The position numbers were made by a program, and so were the translations under genes. 64,000 nt of DNA from positions 29,326,001 through 29,390,000 of the forward strand of contig OX597840.1 in NCBI GenBank assembly GCA_951406725.2, given 5' to 3'. Position 1 is the stretch's first letter. Each line of letters opens with the position of its first letter. The stretch comes from Octopus vulgaris (Eukaryota). Shown piece after piece: positions 52,535 through 64,000 of this stretch. The notes under the pieces are model-generated. The model searched no databases. It was not told where the DNA came from and saw nothing but the letters and a program-made list of their open reading frames with translations.

Positions 52535-52994
52535 AACACATACACACATACATATACCTACATTCACATACTCACAAAATAAGTATTGAGAGCAATTTGC
52601 ACAACCACACACTCCAAGACAACGCTCCAGCATGGACACAGCCCAATGACTGAAACACATAAACGATAAAAGGTAATGAAATAAGAAAATTAACACCCTT
52701 CTCCACACTCAGAGAAGTCGTTTTTTTTACTCAAACCATATTGAAGTATAAAATTACCAATTTCTTCTGAAGACATATGATGCCGAAACTCAAGTTGGAA
52801 GCAATTTTCAACCAATTTATTTTTCGGTATGAGATGTCCATTAATCTTTTTCAAAGTTTCAAATAAATAAATTTTTAAAAAATAAATAATTGAAACATAA
52901 CTTTACATATATATGGATATTTCGAAAAATAAATTAGATAATTAAAGACAATAAATGTGACTTGGTTTTTATTTCAAGCATCCAAGTAAAGATA

Positions 52995-53106
<112 letters not shown>

Positions 53107-53107
53107 C

Positions 53108-53275
53108 ACAGGAGTGGCTGTGTGGTAAGTAGCTTGTTTACCAACCACATGGTTCCGGGTTCAGTCCTACTGCATGGCACCTTGGGCAAGTGTCTTCTAC
53201 CATAACCTCGGGCCGACCAATGCCTTGTGAGTGGATTTGGCAGATGGAAACTGAAAGAAGCCCGTCGTATATATG

Positions 53276-53306
<31 letters not shown>

Positions 53307-53520
53307 TTGTGTGTCTGTGTTTGTCCCCCTAGCATTGCTTGACAACCGATGCTGGTATGTTTATGTCCCCGTTACTTAGCGGTCCGGCAAAAAGCGACCG
53401 ATAGAATAAGTACTGGGCTTACAAAGAATAAGTACCGGGGTCGATTTGCTCGACTAAAGGCGGTGCTCCAGCATGGCCGCAGTCAAATGACTGAAACAAG
53501 TAAAAGAGTAAAGAGAGTAA
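53108..53520 (+). mobile_element. SINE family A
   Basis: Full copy. Confidence 0.9.
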
Positions 53521-53623
53521 AGATGTATGTATAGGGGGAGAATTCACGAAAACAAAAGATGAAGACAGGTGGTGTAGAAAACAAACAGATGTATTAGTAT
53601 AATGCTCAGGAAATTGAAAAAGT

Positions 53624-53659
53624 ATTTTATGTTTCGAGCCTATGCTCTTCTACAGAAAG
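53624..53659 (-). ncRNA. Atypical hammerhead-like motif (CUGUNGAA core) in element 53533-53712
   Basis: cuuu-CUGUAGAA-gagc(auag)gcuc-GAAAC-AUA-aaau. Confidence 0.55.
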
Positions 53660-53780
53660 GGACACAGAAAAAAACAAGGAGAGAAAAAAATGCATGTGGT
53701 GGCTACCGATCTATCTATCTATCTATATTATATACATAATAAAATACATATACCTATATATATATATATATGTATGTATA

Positions 53781-53956
53781 TGAGAGAGTGCTGAAAAGTT
53801 CCTGGTTTTAAGAGTATCATGAAAGGCCTTGATGGAAGCCCAAATTTCTTTTAGAGATCTTAGGAAAACTGAAGGACTGCTGCAATAATTGTGTGAATCT
53901 GAGAGAGAAACATGTTAAATAAAATCTTTCACTCAAAGCCAGGAACTTCTCAACAC
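53781..53956. mobile_element. mariner-type MITE
   Basis: gtgctgaaaagttcctgg versus ccaggaacttctcaacac; related fragment at 61620-61712. Confidence 0.55.
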
Positions 53957-54074
53957 ACACACATACCAAAATCCTGATACAAGTAACTCTTTTCCAATAT
54001 TTGTCTGTCCTTGTTTGTCCCCCTGTGTTTGTCGCCCTGTGTTTGGCCTCTTGTGGGTAGTAAAGAAATAGGTA

Positions 54075-54480
54075 CCTAAGGGACTCTCTCCAAGAGTGAA
54101 GGGCAGAGAATATGATGCCTGTGTATGTACAGCTATATTACATGGCAGTGGCTACAGAGGACTTGTGAAGGCTTGAAAGAAATGAATCTAGCAGGCTCTG
54201 CTGGATGGGTAATGTCAGTATGCACACACAATAGACTGTAGATGATTTAAGAGGGAAACTGTATAAGAGGCACCAGATGTTGTCTGCAAGGGAGAAGACT
54301 GTGCTGTCCTGGTCATGTGATGCGTATGGATGTGAACAGCTGTGTAAAGAAGTGTAGAGCTTAAATCATGGAGGGAACCTGTCGAAAGGGTAGACACAAG
54401 AAGACGTGGGGAGAAAGGATCTTCAGACACTGAGCCTCAGTGAGGAACTGACGAGGGACCGGAAGATGTGGTGACTTGAT
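54075..54480 (+). mobile_element. Decayed RTE ORF 3' end
   Basis: Homologous to 57700-58130 (ctctc..agagtgaa.gg.aga, catggcagtg, ggtagac.cagg/aagaagac.tggg). Confidence 0.65.
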
Positions 54481-55095
54481 AAGACTCAGGGCCAGCAATT
54501 TCGAACCCAGTGCTCCTCTGGTACTTATTTTATTGACCCTGGAAGAACAAAAGGCAAAGCTGACCTCGGTGGAATTTGAACTCAGATCATAAAAACAGAT
54601 GAAATACTATTAAACATTTTGCCCAGCAAGCTGACAATTCTACACATACAGGTTCCTCAATTCAGGTACTGGTGCCACATAAAAGGCACCCGTGCCACTG
54701 CTGTGTAAATGCACCTGTGCAGGTGCTGCATAAATGTACCCACTACACTTTTGTTAAATAGTTGGCATTCGGAAGAAAACACCCAGCCGTAGAAACCGTG
54801 CCCAAACAGGCAAATGGTGTCTGGACAGCTCCCACATGGACACCTTCATGTCAAACCGTCCAACCCATGCCAGCATGGAAAACAGACGTTAAACAACAAC
54901 GACAATGTTGCTGATGGTATGAATATATACATATACAAATACATACATACTTATACACATATAGCTATGTGTATTTTATGTATGTACATATATATACAGT
55001 AGTTCGGCAAAAGAGAACGATAGAATAAGTACTAGGCTTACAAAGAATAACAAATTTACAATTATTTAAGGTGTGTATGCATTTTTTGGGGACAC

Positions 55096-55140
<45 letters not shown>

Positions 55141-55254
55141 AATATATATATATGTATGTACATTTATATATATATATGTATATATATATGTGTATATATA
55201 CATATATATATATACATATTTATATATTTATATATATATATATATATATGTACG

Positions 55255-55290
<36 letters not shown>

Positions 55291-55949
55291 ACATATTTAT
55301 ATATATATTCATATACATATATGTATGTACATTTATTTATATATATATATACATATATATATGTATGTATATGTATGTACATTTATATATACATATACAT
55401 ATATGTATACTCATGCATGCACATGCCTCCCCCCCACACACACATACACTTTCATATGTTTCATTAGTTTTGAAGACATGAATCGTGTTTTCTCGTTTAT
55501 AAAATGCCTATGGCTCTGTTTACCATTATTCCAAGAATACTGTTTTTAATTTAGTTTCTGCAAACACCTACTTTTATCATTGTTTAGTGTAACTGAATTT
55601 ATGAGAAAATTTCCTCTTAGTTCACCATTTATTGCATCAAGTGGCGCCTCTGCAATTACACACGATCTATTTGAAATAGCAGCTGAATTTCCTTTCATAT
55701 GCCACCTTAATTTCTTTCACTTTGAACGGCATGTTTGCAAATGTAATCAACGACCAAAAAAATGATTAACTCCTTTCATTACCAACTTTCTTGATATCAC
55801 TTCTGGTTTTATGACACAATATTCTTGTTTTAAAGTCAAGCAAATTAAAGCTTCCTAGTTGACCTTCATGTTAACTGTACATTCTATATACCACCAGGTC
55901 AAAAATGGTTGCCAATATTAGCACAAAGCCAGCAGTTTCGAAGGAAGGG

Positions 55950-56435
55950 GATAAGTGAATTACATCGACCCTACTGATCAACTGGCACTTATTTTATTAG
56001 CCTTGGTGAAAAGTTGAGTTGACGTCGGTGGAATTTGAACTCAGATCATTAAAACAGATGAAATACTATTAAACATTTTGCCCAGCAAGCTGACAATTCT
56101 ACTAGCTCTCACCACCTTTAATACCATTGGTCACAAACTTTGGCTTAATTTCAAACCCAGTGATCCTCTGGTACTTGTTTTATTGACCCTGGAAGAACAA
56201 AAGGCAAAGCTGACCTCGGTGGAAATTGAACTCAGATCATAAAAACAGATGAAATACTATTAAACATTTTGCCCGGCAAGCTGACAATTCTGCCAGCTCT
56301 CACCACCTTTAATAACATTGGTCACAAACTTTGGCTCAAGGCCAGCAATTTCGAACCCAGTGCTCATCTGGTACTAATTTTATTGGCCCTGGAAGAACAA
56401 AAGGCAAAATTGACCTCAGCAGAATTTGAACTCGG
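55950..56435 (-). mobile_element. Tandem SINE family B-related units; another copy at 54490-54640
   Basis: aaggcaaagctgacctcggtggaatttgaactcag repeated at ~200-bp spacing. Confidence 0.7.
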
Positions 56436-56765
56436 AATTGGTCCCAGTCTTCCTTCCACTTTTGGAATCTGGCCTGGAACCCATTTTCTGTAAATGAGTC
56501 AAGGACGTTCAGCAATTGGCTCTTGATCTCAACAATAATATTAAAACAACAACCTTTCAGCTGAATTTCCATCTTGGGGAAGAGATGGAAGTCTGCAGAT
56601 GCTAAGTCTGGGGAGTTTTGGTGAGAAACTCAAGAGTGAGAAGAGCTCAGTGGCAGGATCCATTGTCATCGTAAAGAATCCAATTCTTCAGGCTCTGCAG
56701 ATTCAGTTCCTTCCACTGAATGTCCGTCTTCAAATGTTTCAAAACATTGTTGATTGTCCTCTGAC
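56436..56765 (-). pseudogene. mariner transposase 3' fragment
   Basis: QLKGCCFNIIVEIKSQLLNVLDSFTENGFQARFQKWKEDWDQ. Confidence 0.65.
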
Positions 56766-56774
56766 AATACACAC

Positions 56775-58630
56775 CCACAAGCTCTGTGATGCATGTAACC
56801 TTTTAATCTGCAACACTAAATTCAGGAAGCCAGACATCCACCTTATAACCTATCAATCAGCGGCCTCTGCTAGCCAGATTGATTTCATCCTCATCAGATA
56901 GTGGGACGTAGGGTTGCTGTTAAAAACAAAGGCACTTCCGGGTGAAGAATGTACCCCTCAGCATAGGCTAGTCATTAGTGACTTTAGGCTTGAGGCCAGA
57001 AGGATACCAAGAAGCAGACCAATCCAGAAAAGAAGGATTTGGAAGCTAAAGAACTCTTCACATTGTCAGAGATTTAGGGACATCCTCATCAAGAAATTTG
57101 ATGAGAGGGAGGAGCAGCTGCAGACATTGGACATAGAAGGTAGCTGGAAATTCCTACGGGACAGCTTGCTGAGTGCTACAGACCAAGTCTGTGGATGGTG
57201 CAAAGTCTCTTCCAGACTTAGAGTTACGTGGTGGTGGAATAGTACGGTAGACAAAGCCATTAGAGCAAAGAAACAGGACTGGAAAGCCTGGGAGATAGCA
57301 GGGAATTGTACCTGTACCAGGTAGCCGAAAGGGAGGCTAGACGGCAGGTATATATAGCCAAGAGCGAAGCGGAAAAGAAGTTTGCCAATGTCCAGTGACG
57401 TGAGGACCAAAGAACTGAGCTATTTTGGATTGCAAGACAGTGTGTGCAGCAACAGTAAAGGAAAATTAACTGAGAAGATAGCTTTCGTGTGCAGCAGATG
57501 CACAGGGGCAATAGACACCATTGATACTCAGAAAACAGATTCCATCACACTCCAGGGGGAGACACTAGAAGTAGTTGATAGCTTCTGCTACCTAGGTGAC
57601 CAAGTTAGTAGTGGGGGTAGATGCTCAGAGAGTGTTACCACTAGAATAAGAATAGCCTGGGCAAAGTTTAGAAAGCTTCATCCCCTACTGACGACAAAGG
57701 GTCTCTCGCTCAGAGTGAAAGGTAGATTGTACGACGCATGTGTGCGAACTGCCATGCTTCACGGCAGTGAAACATGGGTTGTGACTGCTGAGAACATGCG
57801 TAGGCTCAAGAAAAATGAAGATAGCATGATCTGCGGGATGTATAATGTCAGTGTGCACGCACGACAGAGTGTAAGCAGCCCGAGAGAAATGTTGGACATA
57901 AGAAGCATCGGATGTGGCGTGCAGGAGAGACGCTTGCGTTGGTATGGTTATGTACTGTGGATGGATGAGGAAAGGAATGTGAAGAAGTGCCGCTCCCAAA
58001 CAGTTGAAGGTATCAGGGGGAGAGGTAGACCCAGGAAGACATGGGATGAGGTGGTCAAGCATGACTTTCGAACGTTGCGTCTCACAGAGGCAATGACGAA
58101 TGTCCGACTCCTCTGGAGATATGCTGTGACTACGAAGACCCGACAAGTGAAGTGAGTTCATGGCTCACAGGACAGCCTGCTGTGCGTACCTTGAATCGCA
58201 GAACGGCCTGCTGTGCTCGAGGAGACCTATTTAGTCAAGCACATCAACATCAAAATAAAAATCAAATGGAAATTGTAGTTGTGATACCCGTGTTGGTGGC
58301 ACAAAAAAAAAACACCATCCAAACGTGGCCGATGCCAGCGCCTCATTGACTAGCGTCCGTGTCGATGGCACGTAAAAAGCACCAACCGATCGTGGACGTT
58401 GCCAGGCTCCTCTGGCCCCTGAGCCGGTGGTACGTAAAAAGCACCCACTACACTCACGGAGTGGTTGGCGTTAGGAAGGGCATCCAGCTGTAGAAACACT
58501 GCGAGATCAGACTGGAGCCTGGTGCAGCCTCCTGGCTTCCCAGACCCTGGTCGAACCGTCTAACCTATACTAGCATGGAAAACGGACGTTAAACTATGAT
58601 GATGATGTTGATGATGATGATTACGATGAT
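56775..58630 (+). mobile_element. RTE-clade LINE, 5'-truncated, RT core internally deleted, with 3' UTR and (GAT)n tail
   Basis: APE end CNTKFRK...SQIDFIL, PQHRLV; TWWWN; FCYLGD, AMLHGSETW, RRLRWYGYV, GRGRPRKTW. Confidence 0.92.
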
Positions 58631-58731
58631 ATATGCAATCGTCAGATTTACAATTATTCCAACACATCTTCAGGTTCTTTTTCAAAATATTATATATCTA
58701 GTTTTACATCCCTTTAAAAAATAAGCAATAT

Positions 58732-58915
58732 AGGCGCAGGAGTGGCTGTGTGGTAAGTAGTTTGTTTACCAACCACATGGTTCCGGGTTCAGTCCCACCG
58801 CGTGGCATCTTGGGCAAGTGTCGTCTGCTATAGCCCCGGGCCGACCAATGCCTTGTGAGTGGATTTGGTAGACGGAAACTGAAAGAAGCCTGTCGTATAT
58901 ATGTATATATATGTA
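58732..58915 (+). mobile_element. SINE family A head only
   Basis: Ends at the internal (TA)n. Confidence 0.85.
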
Positions 58916-59390
58916 TATGTATTTGTTTGTCTCATTTTGAGTTGGGAACGGCTTAAGGGCCGGTAGATGGGGTTGGATTGGCGCCAAAATTTACAGGGAC
59001 ATGTAAAAAGAGGCGAGGAAGCAACTGGACTACGTTAGAAACCCCTATCTCAAAAGCTGTGGTTATTAGGGCAACAAAATCCAGACTATGACAAGTGTTT
59101 GTCGTTTCTCTCTTTCGGGTATCACCCTGTCTTCCTCGACCTCTCTCTTTCCTTCTTTCCCTTCACTTTCTCTCTATAACGACGTTTGACAGCTTCGTCT
59201 CTCTGTCACTCTTTCTTCCACCACCTCTCTCACTGTGCGTCTGTCTGTATCTATAGAGAGAAAGCGTTGACAGCCGCAACAATTTAAATATTCCCGCTAC
59301 AGGTCTTTTAGAACGGTGAATTATTATCGCCGCCCACCACTGCACAATCATAAGAGATATTTTTAATCATATATATTGTTCTAATTTATA

Positions 59391-59576
<186 letters not shown>

Positions 59577-60800
59577 GTGTGTACATATATATATGTATAT
59601 ATATATAATCTTAATATATTACCATCAACCCCTAGACATTAATGACGGTAATCAATATCTGTAAACTGAAATGCGAAAAAGTTTTTTGATTTCTTGGTTG
59701 TTTGTCTCATTTGGGGTCTGATTGGCGCCAAAATTTACATTGGTGGGTAAAATGGGGTGAGCAATGGTGTGAGGAGTGTCGCAAGTCGCTCGGGGCTACC
59801 ATTTGGTTGCATGGTGAAGAATATGGGAAAAATTGAGTTTTATGGGATAGATAGGTTGCACTGTTTGAATAATGGTGGCTTTTCGTATTTCTGCAGGGGC
59901 TACAGGCGATTATTTTTAATCTAATCTATAAAATGAAGAAGGCGAACGTTGATATAAATTGGATTTTTATGTAACAAGGGGTCTAAATGGGGCTGGAAGG
60001 GGATTAGAATTTACAGGAGGGGGTAACTTGAGCTGAGAAATTGATTGAGAGAAGTTTTGGGGCGCTACAGTGGTTGCTTTGCTGTAAAAACGAAGATTTT
60101 ATTGATTTTGGGGGACACTTGGGGGTCTAGATTGGACATCTTTTGCTCGATTTCAATCAAATTTTCAACAAGGTAAAGTGGAAGTGGATTTGTAATTTAA
60201 GCGCGGAAAATGGGTTCGAAATTTTGAAAATTAAGGCAAGGTTTTTGAAGTTGGAAAAATTTCTCTTTTTACGTATTTTTGCCTTTTATTTTTTATCGCT
60301 TATAGTTTTCCTTTTTTCTGAAAGAAATTTACAGATGCATGTAGCCCGTGTTTAGAGCTTTCATTTGCATGGTCAATCGTCGAAAAATTCCCAAATTAAG
60401 TACTAAATTTAACAAAGAAGTCCATTTTTTCCTTATTACTAATCACTCAAATAGTGGCACGTACAAAAGGCAAGTGTGCTTTCCGTTGTCACTGCCTGAT
60501 ATTTATGATTGATCTTTCAAAATATTTTCTTTCTCAACCTACTCAAGATCATTTGTTTTTTATAAATGGGAGATAGATAGATAGAAAAAGCGAGAGAAAG
60601 GAAGAGTAAGAAAGAGTGGGAAAGTGAGAGAGAAAGGAGAGAGAAACAAAGAGGGAGAATGTGGCGATAAGAAACAGAAAGGAGGCAAAGAAATTAACAA
60701 TCACACCCTCACCTGTGCGTAGAGCAGGTCACATACGAATTAGAATATATATATCAATCATAGTATATATATATATATATATATCTATACTTTGATACCC

Positions 60801-60861
<61 letters not shown>

Positions 60862-62061
60862 CACATGCATATATATGTGTGTTAAATTACTAATCTCTAC
60901 ACATTTTTCTCTCTCCGAGTGTATCTATGTATATATGCATGTAGGTAGGTAGACATGTATGTAAGTATGTATGTATGTATGTATCCACACATCGATACAT
61001 GTGCGTATGTACAAATCATATATTCATAAAAATATAGACGTATATATGTATACATTGAGATAAATGTGTATATATACGTGTATGTGTGTGTTTATACATA
61101 GATATAAAAATATGTGATTATGTACATAATACATATATATACACACACACACCTATATGTATGTGTATATATATATTACATACATAATCGCACATTTTTA
61201 TATGTATGCATGTATGTATATATATTTATATACATTTTTATGAATATATCATTTGCATATATATACAAGTAGCATTGATGTATGGATACATACATACATA
61301 CTTACATACATGCATGGATGTATATGCATAGATATATTTATGTGTGTATGTATGTATGTATATATATATATATATACATACATATGTATGTATATATGTA
61401 TATATATGTATATATACACGCATGTATATATACAAATATATATATAAATATATATGCACACACGTTTATATATATGTATATATATATACATACACATCTA
61501 TATATATACACACACATTTATATATACATGTATATATACATCTATATATATATATATATATATGCACATATACATGCATGTATATATAATAAATATATGT
61601 GTATCAATGTATATACAAGTGGGGGCTGAAAAGTTCATGGCCTTGGGTAAAAAATACAGGTATATAAGTTAATTATCAATTTATTCAACATTTTGAGCAG
61701 CACCTCCTTGTACATATATATGTGTGTGAGTGTGTGTGTGTGTGTGTGTGTGAGTGTGTGTGTATTCAAACACACACACATACATAAAAATGTCATGCAT
61801 AAATATATATGCATATATTTGTATATATAAAAATGTATATATATTCATGTATGTATCTATGTGTATCCATATATATATATATGTATGCACACGCATATAC
61901 ACATATACATACATGCACATACACACACATACACACACACACACATAGTCACACCTACCCAACACACACACATACACCCACCCACCCAACACACACATGC
62001 ATATCCAATTCCTTTTCTTATTCTACTTGTTTCACTTACTAGAAAAAGCTCTTTATTGTGG

Positions 62062-62180
62062 TAAGATATCTCATTATTGTCTACGATATCTCGTTATTGT
62101 CTTAGATATGTCATTATAGTCAGTGATATCTTATTATCACCTGATATATTTTATTATTTCCTGGGATATCTCATTATAAT
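62062..62180. repeat. ~20-bp minisatellite, about 6 copies
   Basis: gatatctcattattgtc variants. Confidence 0.7.
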
Positions 62181-62614
62181 GGAGGAAATGCTCTTCCGCA
62201 CTTTCCTGAACACTTTTATCAGAGAACTTCAAAATATCTGCCAGCATTGCGGTGTTAATTAACTTAACTTTTATAAGTAACTATATGTAAGTATATATGT
62301 ATGTATGCATGTATGTATATATGTATGTGTGTATGTGAGTATGTATGTATGTATGTATGTATGTATGTATGTATGTATGTATGTATGTGTGTATGTATGT
62401 GTGTATGTGTGTATGTATGTATGTATGAATGCGTTCATGCATGCGTCTATGTATGTATGTATCTATCTATTTATCTATAAATATATATCCAAAAATGTAA
62501 TTAAGGGTAATGTTATGCTACTTCCTAATAATCCCTATCATTATTATTATTATTATCATTATTATTGTTATTGTTATTGCTATTATTATTATTATGTGTA
62601 TATGTATGTATGAA

Positions 62615-63045
62615 AAGAAGTTTGCCCGTGTTCAGTGACGTGAAGACCAAAGAACTGAAGTATTTCGGATTGCAAGACAGTGTGTGAGAGGAAATTGTGG
62701 TGTCATAAGAGAGAAATGTATCTGCATGGATGATGGTGCCTTTGTAGTTAATAATTCTGTAAAGAAAGAGGCTTAGAGATACCATTATGAAAGACTGCTG
62801 AAAGTGGAGAATGAATGGGAGGAGGAGAGTCTGCCAAAGGTTGACCCAACTGAGGGACCAGTTACCTGAACTGAAAGTACCCTGGTAGATAAAGCAACTA
62901 AGAATATGAAGACAGGCAAAGCTCCCACCCCCAATCGATCAGGAATCACTGCTGAGACACGTAAAATATCTGGTGGCGTGGGCAATGGTCTAGCCACCCA
63001 TACTGTAAGTCAGGAGGTTCATGAAGGAGTCACACCCAATGACTG
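62615..63045 (+). pseudogene. RTE ORF fragment (linker to RT start)
   Basis: First ~65 bp match 57376-57445; continues HYERLLKVENEW...MKTGKAP..SGITAE. Confidence 0.8.
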
Positions 63046-63052
63046 ATACAAA

Positions 63053-63111
63053 ATCACAAACCAGTTTCGTTGTTGCCACTAACGTAGATGTCCGCAACTC
63101 ATCAGTGTGAT
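63053..63111 (-). ncRNA. Type I hammerhead ribozyme (inverted arm)
   Basis: aucaca-CUGAUGA-guug...caac-GAAAC-ug-GUU-ugugau. Confidence 0.85.
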
Positions 63112-63296
63112 CGTCATGGCAAAATATAATATGCAGAACTATACACGAGACGTCTGCATGAGATTGAACATGTATATAGTTCTACCAATTACGTTTGGGG
63201 TTCTATTGAAAATAAAACCCCAAATTTAATTGGTAGAATTATATACAAGTGCAATCGCATGCAGACGTCTCGTGTATATTATATTCTGCTATGACG

Positions 63297-63356
63297 ATCA
63301 CACTGATGAGTTGCGGACGTTCTATGTAAGTGGTAACAACGAAACTGGTTTGTCAT
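63297..63356 (+). ncRNA. Type I hammerhead ribozyme (sense arm of foldback 63050-63356)
   Basis: aucaca-CUGAUGA-guug...caac-GAAAC-ug-GUU-ugucau. Confidence 0.85.
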
Positions 63357-63521
63357 TAATCTATATTTTGTATCTTTTCATTTGTCTTGCTCACTTACGT
63401 TCTGGCATTTGCTAAATTTTCTTGAGAACATTCCTTTCTTAATGGTAAAACCATAGTGGATCTTCTTCTAGCTTAATGGATGTCCACTTACAGGTCATCC
63501 CTTTTATATGCATGCATATAA

Positions 63522-63573
<52 letters not shown>

Positions 63574-63669
63574 GGAAAGTTTACGAAAATAAATAAAAGA
63601 GGAAGGCAGGTGGAGTAGAAACAAAACAAATGTATTAGTATAGCGCTCAGGAATAGAAATAGAAAAAGT

Positions 63670-63705
63670 CTTTTACGTTTCGAGCCTACGTTCTTCGACA
63701 GAAAG
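63670..63705 (-). ncRNA. Atypical hammerhead-like motif (CUGUNGAA core) in (TA)n-flanked element 63571-63787
   Basis: cuuu-CUGUCGAA-gaac(guag)gcuc-GAAAC-GUA-aaag. Confidence 0.6.
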
Positions 63706-63783
63706 ATACACAGAAAAAAGCAAGGAGAGAAACAAGGAGAGAAAAAAAGGAGAGAAAATAATGCGTGTAGGAGCTAACGATCT

Positions 63784-63840
<57 letters not shown>

Positions 63841-64000
63841 ATGTATGTATGCATATGTATATATACACATATATATATATACATATACACAAGTATATTT
63901 ATTTATACATATTCATATATAGATACATACATGCACATACACACATACACATATACATAGTGTCGTAAATCCAAAACATTGCTTTTTCAGAAACCGAAAA

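Noticed and set aside
59695-60400. Possible DNA-transposon remnant sharing short motifs with 58923-58995
   Set aside because: No TIR pair, TSD or ORF could be defined by eye

Overview
AT-rich, extremely repeat-dense eukaryotic DNA. The SINE, microsatellite and RTE content points to a coleoid cephalopod, most likely Octopus (inference). No host protein-coding gene can be called with confidence, and most ORFs in the track are microsatellite or SINE artefacts. The window holds more than 20 copies of one tRNA-derived SINE, two or three further SINE families, RTE-clade LINE fragments, a Dong/R4-type fragment in (TAA)n, nested mariner and maT/DD37D relics, piggyBac-like MITEs and a head-to-tail Helitron pair. 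The most striking signal is not in the ORF track. At least 11 well-formed type I hammerhead ribozyme (HHR) motifs, 3 copies of an atypical-core variant and several decayed ones can be folded by eye. They lie in small non-coding elements, mostly embedded in (TA)n tracts, with tandem units (352 and 493 bp) and/or 5' inverted copies. One HHR lies just 3' of a 5'-truncated Penelope-like (Neptune-type, GIY-YIG) ORF. This looks like a community of Penelope-mobilised, retrozyme-like self-cleaving elements. It includes natural covariants of the catalytic 3-8 pair (C-G, U-A, A-U), and in four elements the inversion junction falls 1-10 nt after the predicted cleavage site. All structures were read manually; coordinates are approximate to a few bases and no ribozyme activity has been tested.
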